The notes under the pieces were generated by a model that was given only the letters and a program-made list of their open reading frames with translations, was not told the DNA's origin and ran no database searches. A DNA stretch of 64,000 nt from Candidatus Sulfomarinibacteraceae bacterium (GTDB lineage Bacteria > Acidobacteriota > Thermoanaerobaculia > Thermoanaerobaculales > Sulfomarinibacteraceae), in contig CAWCLO010000007.1 of NCBI GenBank assembly GCA_963796455.1, forward strand, positions 32,001 through 96,000. The letters run 5' to 3'. Positions 53,172-62,955 of the stretch are shown here, one piece after another. The position numbers were made by a program, and so were the translations under genes. Position 1 is the stretch's first letter; every line of letters starts with the position of its first letter.

Positions 53172-54335
53172 ATGAGAGAAGCCGTCATTGTTTCCCGCGC
53201 CCGCACGGCCATCGGCCGCGCCAAGAAGGGCAGCCTGCGAGACACACGCCCCGAATATTTCGCCTCTGAATTGATCAAGGCGCTGGTCGAACGCACCCCC
53301 GGGATCGAGCCCGAAATGGTGTCCGATGTCTTCCTCGGGTGTGCCATGCCCGAGGGCGAACAGGGCATGAACATCGCCCGGATGATCACCCTCGCCGCCG
53401 GGTTTCCGACATCGGTCCCCGCCATCACGATCAACCGCTTCTGCAGTTCAGGATCGCAGACTATCGCGATGGCCGCCGACTCCATTCGGGCCGGTAACGC
53501 CGACATCGTCATAGCCGGCGGTGTGGAGTCGATGTCGATGGTCGCCATGGGTGGCAACAAACCGATCGCCTACCCCGGTCTGATGAAGACCATGCCCAAC
53601 GCCTATGCCGCCATGGGAACTACCGCCGAAATGGTGGCGAAACGCTACGGCATCACCCGCTCCATGCAGGATGAGTTCGCCTATAACTCCCACAGGAAAG
53701 CGGTGGCCGCTCTCGAGAGCGGAAAATTCAATGAAGAGATCGTGCCCCTCGAGGTCAGGACCCGTGAAAACGGCTCCTGGCGCAACTTCACCTTCGACAC
53801 CGACGAGGGCCCACGGGCCGACACGACGGTGGAGGGTCTGGCCAGGCTCAAGCCGGTTTTCGACCCCATGGGCACCGTCACCGCCGGCAACGCATCGCAG
53901 ATCAACGACGGTGCTGCGGCGGTCGTCATCATGGGCTCGGACGTGGCCGAAACCCTCGGGCTGGAACCCATCGCCTACGTCCGCCACTGGGCGGTTGCCG
54001 GAGTCGATCCGGACGTCATGGGCATCGGGCCGGCCTTTGCGGTGCCCAAACTTCTCGACCGGGTCGGTAAAAAACTCGAGGACATCGACCTGATCGAAAT
54101 CAACGAGGCCTTCGCGAGCCAATCGGTCTACTGCGTCAACGAACTCGGTCTCGATCCTGAAAAAACCAACGTCAACGGCGGCGCCATCGCCACCGGCCAC
54201 CCACTCGGTGCCACCGGCGGCGTGCTCACCGTCAAGATTCTGGGTGAGCTCGAACGGACCGGCGGCAAACTCGGCATCGTCACCATGTGTATCGGTGGCG
54301 GAATGGGATTCGCCTACCTGCTCGAAATGGCGTAG
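53172..54335 (+). CDS. fadA: Acetyl-CoA C-acyltransferase (thiolase)
   Basis: [31 protein letters not shown]. Confidence 0.95.
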   Translation: MREAVIVSRARTAIGRAKKGSLRDTRPEYFASELIKALVERTPGIEPEMVSDVFLGCAMPEGEQGMNIARMITLAAGFPTSVPAITINRFCSSGSQTIAMAADSIRAGNADIVIAGGVESMSMVAMGGNKPIAYPGLMKTMPNAYAAMGTTAEMVAKRYGITRSMQDEFAYNSHRKAVAALESGKFNEEIVPLEVRTRENGSWRNFTFDTDEGPRADTTVEGLARLKPVFDPMGTVTAGNASQINDGAAAVVIMGSDVAETLGLEPIAYVRHWAVAGVDPDVMGIGPAFAVPKLLDRVGKKLEDIDLIEINEAFASQSVYCVNELGLDPEKTNVNGGAIATGHPLGATGGVLTVKILGELERTGGKLGIVTMCIGGGMGFAYLLEMA

Positions 54336-54355
54336 CCACAGTCAACAGACCGCAC

Positions 54356-54386
54356 AACCCCCGGACCCCGGTTCGGGGGTTTTTTT
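54356..54386 (+). terminator. Intrinsic terminator after fadA
   Basis: AACCCCCGGACC/GGTTCGGGGGTT stem followed by a T-tract. Confidence 0.85.
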
Positions 54387-54789
54387 ATGAGTTTTTGACC
54401 GGCGCCTCTAGCGTGCCCAGGCGCTTTTCAATATTGCGCAGGATCTGGAGCGAGATTGAACGATCGCCAAAGGTCCCCACCTTGATCCGGATCGAGGTGC
54501 TTTCGAAATCCACCGACTGCAGATTGATGCCCACCTTCTTGCCGACCGCCATCCGGGCCGTGATTCGGCCTTTGAGCTGGTCGACGTTGCTGTCGATGGC
54601 CACCAACTCGAGATCTTTGAGGGTCTCCGTCGTGGCATTGACCACGTCGGTCATTGAAGCGCCGAGAGTCGAACGAAGCAGACCTTCCGCCGTGCTGTAA
54701 GTCGCCTCGGTCCCCTCCGGCGTAACGACCGAAGATTTGCATCCGAGAAGGACCCCGAAACACACCGCGACAATCAATATTTTCTTCAT
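54385..54789 (-). CDS. DUF3568-like lipoprotein
   Basis: Lipobox LLGC; TSIRIKVGTFGDRSISLQIL. Confidence 0.75.
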   Translation of the reverse strand: MKKILIVAVCFGVLLGCKSSVVTPEGTEATYSTAEGLLRSTLGASMTDVVNATTETLKDLELVAIDSNVDQLKGRITARMAVGKKVGINLQSVDFESTSIRIKVGTFGDRSISLQILRNIEKRLGTLEAPVKNS

Positions 54790-54892
54790 ATTGGGAACCC
54801 TACCCGCTTGACTCAGAAAAGTCGAGTGACCCGCACCACATGAACTTGTCGGGCGACCCGAACAGAGGTACTCTCACCGACGGAGGTGTCGG

Positions 54893-56209
54893 ATGGCAGG
54901 GAAGGTCGGTGTGCGGCGCGAAACCAAGAGCACGTGGGAGCGGCGCACTGCTCTGACGCCCGAACTCGCGCGTAAACTCATTCTCCAGAATGACATCGAG
55001 GTTCATGTGCAACCATCCTCCCGACGCGTGTTCCGCGACAATGAATACGTCCGGGTGGGGGCCCGGATGACCGAAAACCTGTCCGACGTGCCGATTGTCC
55101 TCGGTGTCAAAGAGATTCCTTCTGAACTGCTGGAAAAAGAAACCGCCTATGTCTTTTTCTCACACGTCGTCAAGGGCCAGCCCTACAACATGCCGATGTT
55201 GCAGAAAATCCTCGACCTCCGCTGCACCTTGATCGACTATGAAAAGATCGCCGACGACTCCGGCCGCAGGTTGATTTTCTTTGGTCGCTTTGCCGGTCTC
55301 GCCGGGATGATCGACTCGTTGTGGGCCCTCGGTCGACGCCTCCAGGTCGAGAGAATTCGCACACCGCTGGCCGACCTCGAGCCGACCCACAGCTATCCGA
55401 GCCTGCACGACGCCAAACTCGCCATCCGGGCCGCCGGAGAACGCATCGCCTCCGAAGGCCTGCCCCCCGAACTGACCCCGTTCACCATCGGAATCGCCGG
55501 TTACGGCAACGTCGCCGCGGGAGTGCGCGAGATCCTGGCAGAACTGCCGACCCGGGAAGTGGCGCCCGAGGGTCTGGCCGATACCTTTGCGGATCCGAGC
55601 CCACACTGCATCTACCAGACCACCTTTCGCGAGGAACATCTCGTCGAGCCGATCGATGAGGACCGGCCCTTCGTTCTCCAGGACTACTACGATCACCCGG
55701 AAGGATATCGCTCGGTTTTCAGCGCCTATCTACCGCATCTGACCGTGCTCATGAACTGCAACTATTGGGATGAACGGTATCCGCGGCTGGTGACCAAAGA
55801 ACATCTCAAAACCCTCTTCGCACCCGGTGCCGAGCACCGCCCCAAGATCATCGGCGACCTCGGTTGTGATGTTGAAGGTGCCATCGAATGCACCCTCAAA
55901 TGCACCGAACCGGCCGATCCGATCTACGTCTATGATCCGGCCACGGGCACCATCGAGAGCGGAATCGATGGCAAGGGTCCGGTGATCCTCGCGGTGGATA
56001 TTCTGCCTGCCGAGCTGCCGCGTGAAGCATCCGAGGAGTTCTCCAGCGCCCTGGCTAAATTTTTGCCCGCCCTGGCCCGGGCGGATTACAGCCTCCCCTT
56101 CAATGATCTCGACCTGCCCCCGGAAATCCACCGCGCGGTGATCGCCCATCGCGGCCGCCTGACCCCGGACTACACCTACCTCGAGGACCATCTGCAAAAA
56201 ATTGGTTGA
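54893..56209 (+). CDS. Lysine-ketoglutarate reductase-like protein (AlaDh/PNT fold; LKR half of LKR/SDH)
   Basis: RRE.K..WERRTALTP, VQPSSRRVF, FFSHVVKGQPYNM, LIDYEKI, FGRFAG.AG, YWDERYPRL, VDILPAELPREAS. Confidence 0.85.
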   Translation: MAGKVGVRRETKSTWERRTALTPELARKLILQNDIEVHVQPSSRRVFRDNEYVRVGARMTENLSDVPIVLGVKEIPSELLEKETAYVFFSHVVKGQPYNMPMLQKILDLRCTLIDYEKIADDSGRRLIFFGRFAGLAGMIDSLWALGRRLQVERIRTPLADLEPTHSYPSLHDAKLAIRAAGERIASEGLPPELTPFTIGIAGYGNVAAGVREILAELPTREVAPEGLADTFADPSPHCIYQTTFREEHLVEPIDEDRPFVLQDYYDHPEGYRSVFSAYLPHLTVLMNCNYWDERYPRLVTKEHLKTLFAPGAEHRPKIIGDLGCDVEGAIECTLKCTEPADPIYVYDPATGTIESGIDGKGPVILAVDILPAELPREASEEFSSALAKFLPALARADYSLPFNDLDLPPEIHRAVIAHRGRLTPDYTYLEDHLQKIG

Positions 56210-56240
56210 TTTGCGCAACAGGACAGGTTAACGTCGTGAC

Positions 56241-56367
56241 CGTTCCGCAGTGCCGGGCCTTCGGGTCCAACGCCACGGACATTCAATTCATTCGTCGAGA
56301 GCTCCGGCTCTCCGCGACAAAATCCATTTATCCCTGATCTCTCCGGGTCTCCCGACCCGGTTTTTTT
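56241..56367 (+). ncRNA. Candidate ~125-nt small RNA
   Basis: TTGATT-N17-TAACGT (56206-56234); UUCG hairpin; second hairpin; terminator at 56343-56367. Confidence 0.35.
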
Positions 56368-56403
56368 GTGTCTGGCGCGCAGCGCCAGACACAAAAAAAC
56401 CGG
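56357..56403. repeat. Perfect 22-bp inverted repeat overlapping a terminator
   Basis: CCGGTTTTTTTGTGTCTGGCGC-gca-GCGCCAGACACAAAAAAACCGG. Confidence 0.9.
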
Positions 56404-56469
56404 GGCTTGAGGCTTGGGACCTGGGGCTTGGGGATCGAACCCGCGTCCGAACCACCTCTGGTGCCCAGA

Positions 56470-56522
56470 TTGTGGTGCAGGCGTCCCGCCTGCATTCTGT
56501 GCGGCCGGGACGGCCGCACCAC
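56470..56522. repeat. REP-like doublet palindrome, same family as those inside copies C and D
   Basis: GTGGTGCAGGCGTCCCGCCTGC...GCGGCCGGGACGGCCGCACCAC. Confidence 0.8.
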
Positions 56523-56645
56523 CATGAGTTCCTCTCCCCTTCCCCCTTTCTCCCTTTCTCCTCTGCCCCTCTGCCCCTCTGCCTGATCCGGACGCGGGTG
56601 GATGCAACCGCGATGCCTGCTACGATCGGAGACGAGGGGGCTGCC

Positions 56646-57707
56646 ATGCAGTTCATTGAGAGATTCTCCCGCTGGGAAGGCATCATCTTCGGCTTCGTCG
56701 TGGGAGTTGCAGCGACAATCGTCGGCTCCATGGCCTACAACGAGGTCAACGGTCTGCTCGCGGTGTCACAGTTCAAACGCAGCCTCCACAATCAGCAACT
56801 CGATCGTCTTTCGGTACTGATGGAAGCGGAACTCGCGACGGCGACCAACGCCATGATCGACGGCGTCCCCCTCGAACTCAGCCACTACCTCGCCACCCAG
56901 TACATGCCAAAGCTCTATGCCCACCACATGACCTACGCGATGACGCTCCTCAAAAACGAGGACGTGCTCAAGTTCAACGCCCTCCGCCGTAACTCGCCTT
57001 TCCTGACCTTCAATCTGGTGCAACGGGACTTCACCGGACTCGATCTTCAGGGGGCCGATTTCTCGGGCGCCGAATTGACCGGCACGAAATTCACCGAGTG
57101 TAATCTCGAGGACGCCTCGTTCTGGGTCGCCGAAATGCCACGGGCCAATCTCACCCGAGCCAACATCACCAACGCTAATTTCAGCAACGCGATTCTGTCC
57201 AGTGCGATCCTCAGCGGGATCCGTGGCGAGAACGCGAACTTCGAAGGCGCCGTACTCGTTGACGCCTCCATGGTCAATGTGGACGGTCTCAGAACCGCCA
57301 ACTTCTCGGGTGCCGAACTGTCCCAGGCCAATCTTTTCGACTCGAGTTTTCCCGATGCACGTTTCGACGGTGCCGACTTCACTCTCGCTTCCGCCGTCGG
57401 TTCCGATTTCGAAAGGGTCCAGAGCATGAATGACGTCAACCTCACCGGCGCCAATCTCACCGGGGCACGGCTCGATCCGGAGCGGGTCGAACGTGCCTGG
57501 TTCGTGAACGCCGACGGCATTCAACCCAGCGTCGCCAACGGACTCCGACGCGCCGGCGGCGTCGCCCGTCCCGAAGAGGTCCTGCAACATGTCGACGACC
57601 GAATTATCGCCGGCTTCCGAGCCCAGATCGAGGAGGACGACTCGATTCGCCCGCAGGATCGAGAGGCGGTTTTGTTATTGATGCTCCAGGAGTATTACCT
57701 CCGCTGA
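56646..57707 (+). CDS. Pentapeptide repeat protein with an N-terminal TM helix
   Basis: A(D/N)(L/F)xx repeats; GAGGGGG RBS before ATG 56646. Confidence 0.88.
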   Translation: MQFIERFSRWEGIIFGFVVGVAATIVGSMAYNEVNGLLAVSQFKRSLHNQQLDRLSVLMEAELATATNAMIDGVPLELSHYLATQYMPKLYAHHMTYAMTLLKNEDVLKFNALRRNSPFLTFNLVQRDFTGLDLQGADFSGAELTGTKFTECNLEDASFWVAEMPRANLTRANITNANFSNAILSSAILSGIRGENANFEGAVLVDASMVNVDGLRTANFSGAELSQANLFDSSFPDARFDGADFTLASAVGSDFERVQSMNDVNLTGANLTGARLDPERVERAWFVNADGIQPSVANGLRRAGGVARPEEVLQHVDDRIIAGFRAQIEEDDSIRPQDREAVLLLMLQEYYLR

Positions 57708-57737
57708 CCTGATCTGAGAACAAAGGCTCCTGATTTC

Positions 57738-58622
57738 ATGCGCTACGAAGGCACCGTCTACAGACCACCGAGCGAAGCGGGCTCGCTGATCATCCAGGCC
57801 ACGATCGGGTGCCCCCACAACCTTTGTGCTTTTTGTTCGATGTATTCGGACAAGGAGTTCCGCGCCAGGCCGACGGCGGAGGTGATCGAAGATCTCGACG
57901 AAGCCGTCAGAATCTGTGGTCAGGATGTTCGGACGATTTTCCTTGCCGACGGCAACACGGCAGCCCTTTCCACCAATCGGCTGGTGTCGATCGGCAAGGC
58001 CGCCTGCGAGAGATTTCCCGACCTGCAGCGGATCACCGTTTACGGCTCGGCCCGTTTCCTGGCAAAAAAGAGCCGCGAGGAATGGCAGCAGATCTCCGCA
58101 GCCGGCATCACCCGGATACACACCGGTCTCGAGTCGGGTGACCCGGTCACCCTCGAGGACATCCGGAAGGGTGTCACTCCGAAGCAGGCTGTGGCGGCCT
58201 TCAACCATGTCAGAGCAGCCGGTATCGAGCTTTCCGTGTACCTGATGATCGGCGTGGCCGGCACCGAGCGGTCAGAAGAACACGCACTGGGTTCGGCGAC
58301 GGTCCTCAATCAGGCCTCGCCCGATTTCATTCGGCTGCGGACCTTCGTTCCGGCACTGGGAACCGAGTGGTGCGAGCGTTGGAAGCGCGGCGATCTGACC
58401 CTGCTCGACGCCTACCAGGCGCTGGCGGAGACCCGTCTACTCATTGAAAGCCTGCATGGACCAAGCTCGTTGCTATCCGATCACATCTCGAATTTTCTCG
58501 ACGTCAAAGGTCTTGTTCCCGATGACAAAGCGGCGATGCTCGAGCACATCGACGAGGCCCTCACCTGGCCGCTCTCGGCGTTCCGGCCACCGACCGAAAG
58601 GCTGATTCGCCTGACTCTGTAG
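57738..58622 (+). CDS. Radical SAM protein
   Basis: YRPPSEA.S..IQATIGCPHNLCAFCSMY; FLADGN; GLESG. Confidence 0.92.
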   Translation: MRYEGTVYRPPSEAGSLIIQATIGCPHNLCAFCSMYSDKEFRARPTAEVIEDLDEAVRICGQDVRTIFLADGNTAALSTNRLVSIGKAACERFPDLQRITVYGSARFLAKKSREEWQQISAAGITRIHTGLESGDPVTLEDIRKGVTPKQAVAAFNHVRAAGIELSVYLMIGVAGTERSEEHALGSATVLNQASPDFIRLRTFVPALGTEWCERWKRGDLTLLDAYQALAETRLLIESLHGPSSLLSDHISNFLDVKGLVPDDKAAMLEHIDEALTWPLSAFRPPTERLIRLTL

Positions 58623-58674
58623 CTGGGTGCCGCACCGTGATACCTTCTACTATCGAGACTGTCGAGGGGGTTCC

Positions 58675-59655
58675 ATGGCGCAGGTTTTCAAGACGAGAGT
58701 GACCGAAGATTTCGGCATCGATCATCCGATCATCCAGGGCGGGATGATGTGGGTTTCGCAGCCCGAACTCGTGGCTGCAGTCTCCGAAGCCGGTGGGCTC
58801 GGTATTCTGACCGCGCTCACCTTCGAAACGGCAGAGGGCGTGGCAGACGCCATCGCCAGAACCCGCGCCCTCACCGACAAACCTTTCGGAATCAATCTCA
58901 CCTTTCTTCCGACCCTGGTCCCCAAAGATTACGGCAGCCTCATCGATGCCTTTGTCGATGCCGGAATCGAGATCGTGGAGACCGCCGGCCGCAACCCCGA
59001 GCCCTATCTGGAACGCATCAAAAAGGGCGGCGCCAAAGTCATCCACAAGTGCACCTCGGTTCGGTTTGCGCGCAAGGCGGAGGCTATTGGTTGCGACTAC
59101 GTCAGCATCGATGGCTGCGAGTGCGCCGGACATCCAGGGGAAGAGGACATCACGTCCCTGGTGCTCATCCCCGTGACCGTCGATGCCATCAAGATCCCCG
59201 TCATCGCTTCGGGAGGATTTGCCGACGCCCGGGGTCTCGTCGCCGCCCTGGCCCTCGGTGCGGAGGCCATGAACATGGGCACCCGTTTTGTCGCGACTCA
59301 GGAAGCGCCGGCTCATGACAATGTCAAACAGTGGATCGTGGATGCCTCCGAAACCGACACCATGTATGTCATGCGTTCACTGCGAAATACCGAACGGGTG
59401 CTGCGCAACGAGATCTCTGAAAAGGTGGTCGAACTGGAAAGCCAGGGCGCCGGCATTCAGCAACTCGCACCACTGGTCACCGGCCAGAATGGTCTCCGGG
59501 TCCTCAAAGACGGGGAAACAGATGTCGGACTCATGGCCGCCGGCCAATCGGTTGGTCTGGTGCACGACGTCCCGACCGTTCAGGCATTGATCGACACCAT
59601 TATCTCCGAGGCCCGGGAAATCGTCGGCGACCGTCTCGCTGGGATGACCCCCTGA
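58675..59655 (+). CDS. Nitronate monooxygenase / FabK-like flavin oxidoreductase
   Basis: PIIQGGM, AVSEAGGLG, DGCECAGHPG, IASGG, MGTRF. Confidence 0.9.
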   Translation: MAQVFKTRVTEDFGIDHPIIQGGMMWVSQPELVAAVSEAGGLGILTALTFETAEGVADAIARTRALTDKPFGINLTFLPTLVPKDYGSLIDAFVDAGIEIVETAGRNPEPYLERIKKGGAKVIHKCTSVRFARKAEAIGCDYVSIDGCECAGHPGEEDITSLVLIPVTVDAIKIPVIASGGFADARGLVAALALGAEAMNMGTRFVATQEAPAHDNVKQWIVDASETDTMYVMRSLRNTERVLRNEISEKVVELESQGAGIQQLAPLVTGQNGLRVLKDGETDVGLMAAGQSVGLVHDVPTVQALIDTIISEAREIVGDRLAGMTP

Positions 59656-59658
59656 GTC

Positions 59659-62238
59659 ATGACCGACTCTATTCATAATCTGGGATCCCGAGTCCCCAAA
59701 GGTGGGGTCTCGGGTCCTGACCAGGTTTTCGATATCTTCCTCGATTGGGCGACGGAGGTTGGATTCGATCTTTACCCTGCCCAGGAAGAGGCGCTGCTCG
59801 AGCTGATGGCCGATCGCCACGTAGTGCTCGACACACCGACCGGGTCCGGAAAGTCGCTCGTCGCTCTCGGGCTGCAGTTCCGGGGTCTGTGTGAAGGCCG
59901 CAGGAGCTATTACACGACACCGATCAAGGCCCTCGCAAGCGAAAAGTTTTTTTCCCTCTGTTCGGAACTCGGGGCCGACAACGTGGGCATGTTGACCGGC
60001 GATGCCAGCATCAACCCCGATGCATCGGTCATCTGCTGCACCGCCGAGGTGCTGGCGAATCTGGCGCTCCGCAAGGGGGAAAGCCTCGACGCCCCCTACG
60101 TGATCATGGATGAGTTCCACTACTACGCGGATCGCGACCGCGGGTGGGCGTGGCAGGTACCGCTGATCAGCCTGCCAAAGACCCAGTTCCTCCTGATGTC
60201 GGCCACCCTCGGCGATATGAGCGTGATCATCGAAAAGATCGAGGAAAATACCGGCCGCGAGGCATCCCTCGTCCATTCCGACGTGCGACCCGTGCCGCTC
60301 GATTTTCTCTACCGGGAGACCCCGATTCACGAGACCATCGAGCATCTGATGGAGGTCGACAAGGCGCCGATTTATCTGGTCAATTTCACCCAGCGCGAGT
60401 GTGCCGAGACCGCCCAGAAGCTGACCAGCATGAAGCTCACGACCAAGGAGGAGAAAGCCGCCATTCGCGACGCCGTCGGCGACACCCGCTTCGACACTCC
60501 TTACGGCAAGGAGTTCAAACGATTCCTCGGTTTCGGCATCGGCGTTCACCACGCCGGGCTGCTGCCGAAATACCGCCTCCAGGTCGAACAGCTCGCCCAG
60601 AAGGGCATGCTCAAAGTGATCTCCGGCACCGACACGCTGGGCGTCGGCATCAACATCCCGCTCCGAACCGTGCTCTTCACGAAGCTCGCCAAGTACGACG
60701 GCCGCAAGGTGGGACGGCTCAAGGTTCGCGAGTTCAAACAGATCGCCGGCCGGGCCGGGCGCAAGGGCTTCGATGACGAGGGCAGCGTCGTGGTCCAGGC
60801 ACCGGAAGAGACGATCGAGCGACTCAAGGAGCAACGCAAGGCCGCAGCTGATCCCAAAAGGAAACGTAAAAGTCCACGAAAACAGCCCAAAGCAGGCGAG
60901 GTCTCGTGGTCGGAAGACACCTTCAAGAAACTTGTCGCCGATCCTCCGGAGCGGCTCGTCTCACGATTTCGAATCACTCCCGGGATGTTGGTCGATCTGC
61001 TGCAGAAGGATGCCGCCACCAACGATCCCGAGGCCGGGAATTTTCACTCGGTTCGTGAGTTGATCAGGGGCTGCCACGATGACGAAGCCGGGAAAATGAG
61101 CCATCTCGAGCGCGCCGCCCAACTCGCCCGATCGCTCTACCGGGCCGACATCATCCGAATGGAACGCGATACCACCGGCCGCTACCTTTGGGTCACGGTG
61201 GATGAGGACCTCCAGGTCGACTTCTCTCTCTTTCACAATCTATCGCTCTTTCTGATCGGGGCCATCGAAGGGCTGGACCCCGAAAACCCGGAGCACTCCC
61301 TCGACCTGCTCAGCCTGGTGGAGTCGGTCCTCGAAGACCCGGTGATCATCCTCCGCCGCCAGGTCGACCGTTTGAAGACCGAGCTCATCAATCGCCTCAA
61401 GGCCGAGGGGGTGTCCTACGACGAGCGAATGAACCGGCTCGACGAGGTGACCCACCCGCAACCAATCGCCGATTACATCCACGCCGCCTTCGATCATTTC
61501 TGCCGCGACCACCCGTGGGTCGGCGGTGATCTGGTGCGGCCAAAGTCGGTGGCGCGCGAGATGGTGGAGGAATATCTCAGTTTTACCGACTACGTCCGCA
61601 AATACGGGCTCCAGCGTTCCGAAGGGGTCCTCCTCCGCTATCTGTCGCAGGTCTACAAGACCCTCGACCAGAACGTGCCGGATCAGATCAAGACCGAGGA
61701 CGTCAACGACCTCATCGCCTTCCTGCGCGCCATGCTCGAACGGGTGGACACCAGTCTCATCGAGGAGTGGGAATCGCTACGCCACCCCGAACTCATCCTC
61801 GAAGGCGAAGGAGACGCCAAAACAGTTCATCGGCTACTTGCCGCCAGAGAGCTTCGATCGGACCCGCAGCGCCTGGCCTCGAGACTGCGGGCCGAGATGC
61901 ACCTGCTGGTGGCCGCCCTCAGCCACCGCGATTGGGAGGAGGCTTCGGCCTGCGTTCGTAGGAGCGGCGACCATCCTTCAGCCCTGACCACGCCCGAAGA
62001 TTTCGCCGAAGCGCTGGCTCCGTTTTATGAGGAATTTGATCAGCTGAGGTTTGATCACCAGGCCCGTTTGACCGAACACACTCAAATCAGTGAAACCGGC
62101 AACAACAGATGGAAGGTGGTTCAGATCCTGGTCGATCCCGAAGACGACAATCTGTGGCACATCGAGGGCGAGGTGGATCTTTCGGACGAGGCGAGCATCG
62201 AAGGGCCGCTTGTCGCGGTGAAGCGAATCGGGACATAG
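59659..62238 (+). CDS. Ski2-like DEAD/DEAH helicase with DUF3516
   Basis: PTGSGKS, PIKALASEK, MDEFH, MSAT, HHAGLLP, QIAGRAGRKG, RSEGVLLRYLS, DTSLIEEWE. Confidence 0.9.
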   Translation: MTDSIHNLGSRVPKGGVSGPDQVFDIFLDWATEVGFDLYPAQEEALLELMADRHVVLDTPTGSGKSLVALGLQFRGLCEGRRSYYTTPIKALASEKFFSLCSELGADNVGMLTGDASINPDASVICCTAEVLANLALRKGESLDAPYVIMDEFHYYADRDRGWAWQVPLISLPKTQFLLMSATLGDMSVIIEKIEENTGREASLVHSDVRPVPLDFLYRETPIHETIEHLMEVDKAPIYLVNFTQRECAETAQKLTSMKLTTKEEKAAIRDAVGDTRFDTPYGKEFKRFLGFGIGVHHAGLLPKYRLQVEQLAQKGMLKVISGTDTLGVGINIPLRTVLFTKLAKYDGRKVGRLKVREFKQIAGRAGRKGFDDEGSVVVQAPEETIERLKEQRKAAADPKRKRKSPRKQPKAGEVSWSEDTFKKLVADPPERLVSRFRITPGMLVDLLQKDAATNDPEAGNFHSVRELIRGCHDDEAGKMSHLERAAQLARSLYRADIIRMERDTTGRYLWVTVDEDLQVDFSLFHNLSLFLIGAIEGLDPENPEHSLDLLSLVESVLEDPVIILRRQVDRLKTELINRLKAEGVSYDERMNRLDEVTHPQPIADYIHAAFDHFCRDHPWVGGDLVRPKSVAREMVEEYLSFTDYVRKYGLQRSEGVLLRYLSQVYKTLDQNVPDQIKTEDVNDLIAFLRAMLERVDTSLIEEWESLRHPELILEGEGDAKTVHRLLAARELRSDPQRLASRLRAEMHLLVAALSHRDWEEASACVRRSGDHPSALTTPEDFAEALAPFYEEFDQLRFDHQARLTEHTQISETGNNRWKVVQILVDPEDDNLWHIEGEVDLSDEASIEGPLVAVKRIGT

Positions 62239-62241
62239 GGA

Positions 62242-62325
<84 letters not shown>

Positions 62326-62334
62326 GGGCCGAGT

Positions 62335-62838
62335 TCAGTCCGTTTTCACAAACGCCAAGACTTTGCGGTCTTTTGTAACTCCCGGAAACTGCAACACCCG
62401 ATTGTGCATCGCCACAAAGACCCCCCGGCCGACGAGCCGCGCGGCGAGGAGCGCTTCGATCACGTTCTGCTTGGCATCGGTGTCGCGAAATTCGTAGGGA
62501 CGCATCGCGCCGGTCAGAACCACCGGGATTTCGAGATCGCCGCACTCTCGGCACAACAACTCCCCGGTGTCCTCGAGGGTGTCGGTTCCGTGCAGGATGA
62601 CGATTGCGTCTGATTCGGGAGCGGCATCAAGCACTGCCTGAGCCACGATTTCTCGATCCTCTTCGGTCATATCGAGAGAGTCCTTGTGCATGACATCGAC
62701 ATGGCTGATCACGAGGTCGGGAAGCCGCAAACCGTCCAGGATCACATCCAGGACCGTGTGCTCGTTGCGCAAGCGCCCCTGGAATTCATCATAGGTTTTG
62801 TCGATTGTGCCACCGGTCGTCAGGATCGTCAGTCGCAT
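62335..62838 (-). CDS. Asparaginase N-terminal domain protein (167 aa)
   Basis: TTGGTIDK, KDSLDM, HGTDT, VVLTGAMRP; GAGG RBS before ATG 62838. Confidence 0.88.
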   Translation of the reverse strand: MRLTILTTGGTIDKTYDEFQGRLRNEHTVLDVILDGLRLPDLVISHVDVMHKDSLDMTEEDREIVAQAVLDAAPESDAIVILHGTDTLEDTGELLCRECGDLEIPVVLTGAMRPYEFRDTDAKQNVIEALLAARLVGRGVFVAMHNRVLQFPGVTKDRKVLAFVKTD

Positions 62839-62955
62839 ATCTTCCTCACTGAAGCACTCCGAGTTCGGAGTTCGGAATTCCCGGTCACCAATTGGTGCGA
62901 GCCGGCAACCCAGAATCAAGAGACAATTCCGAACTCCGAACTCCGAACTCCGAAC

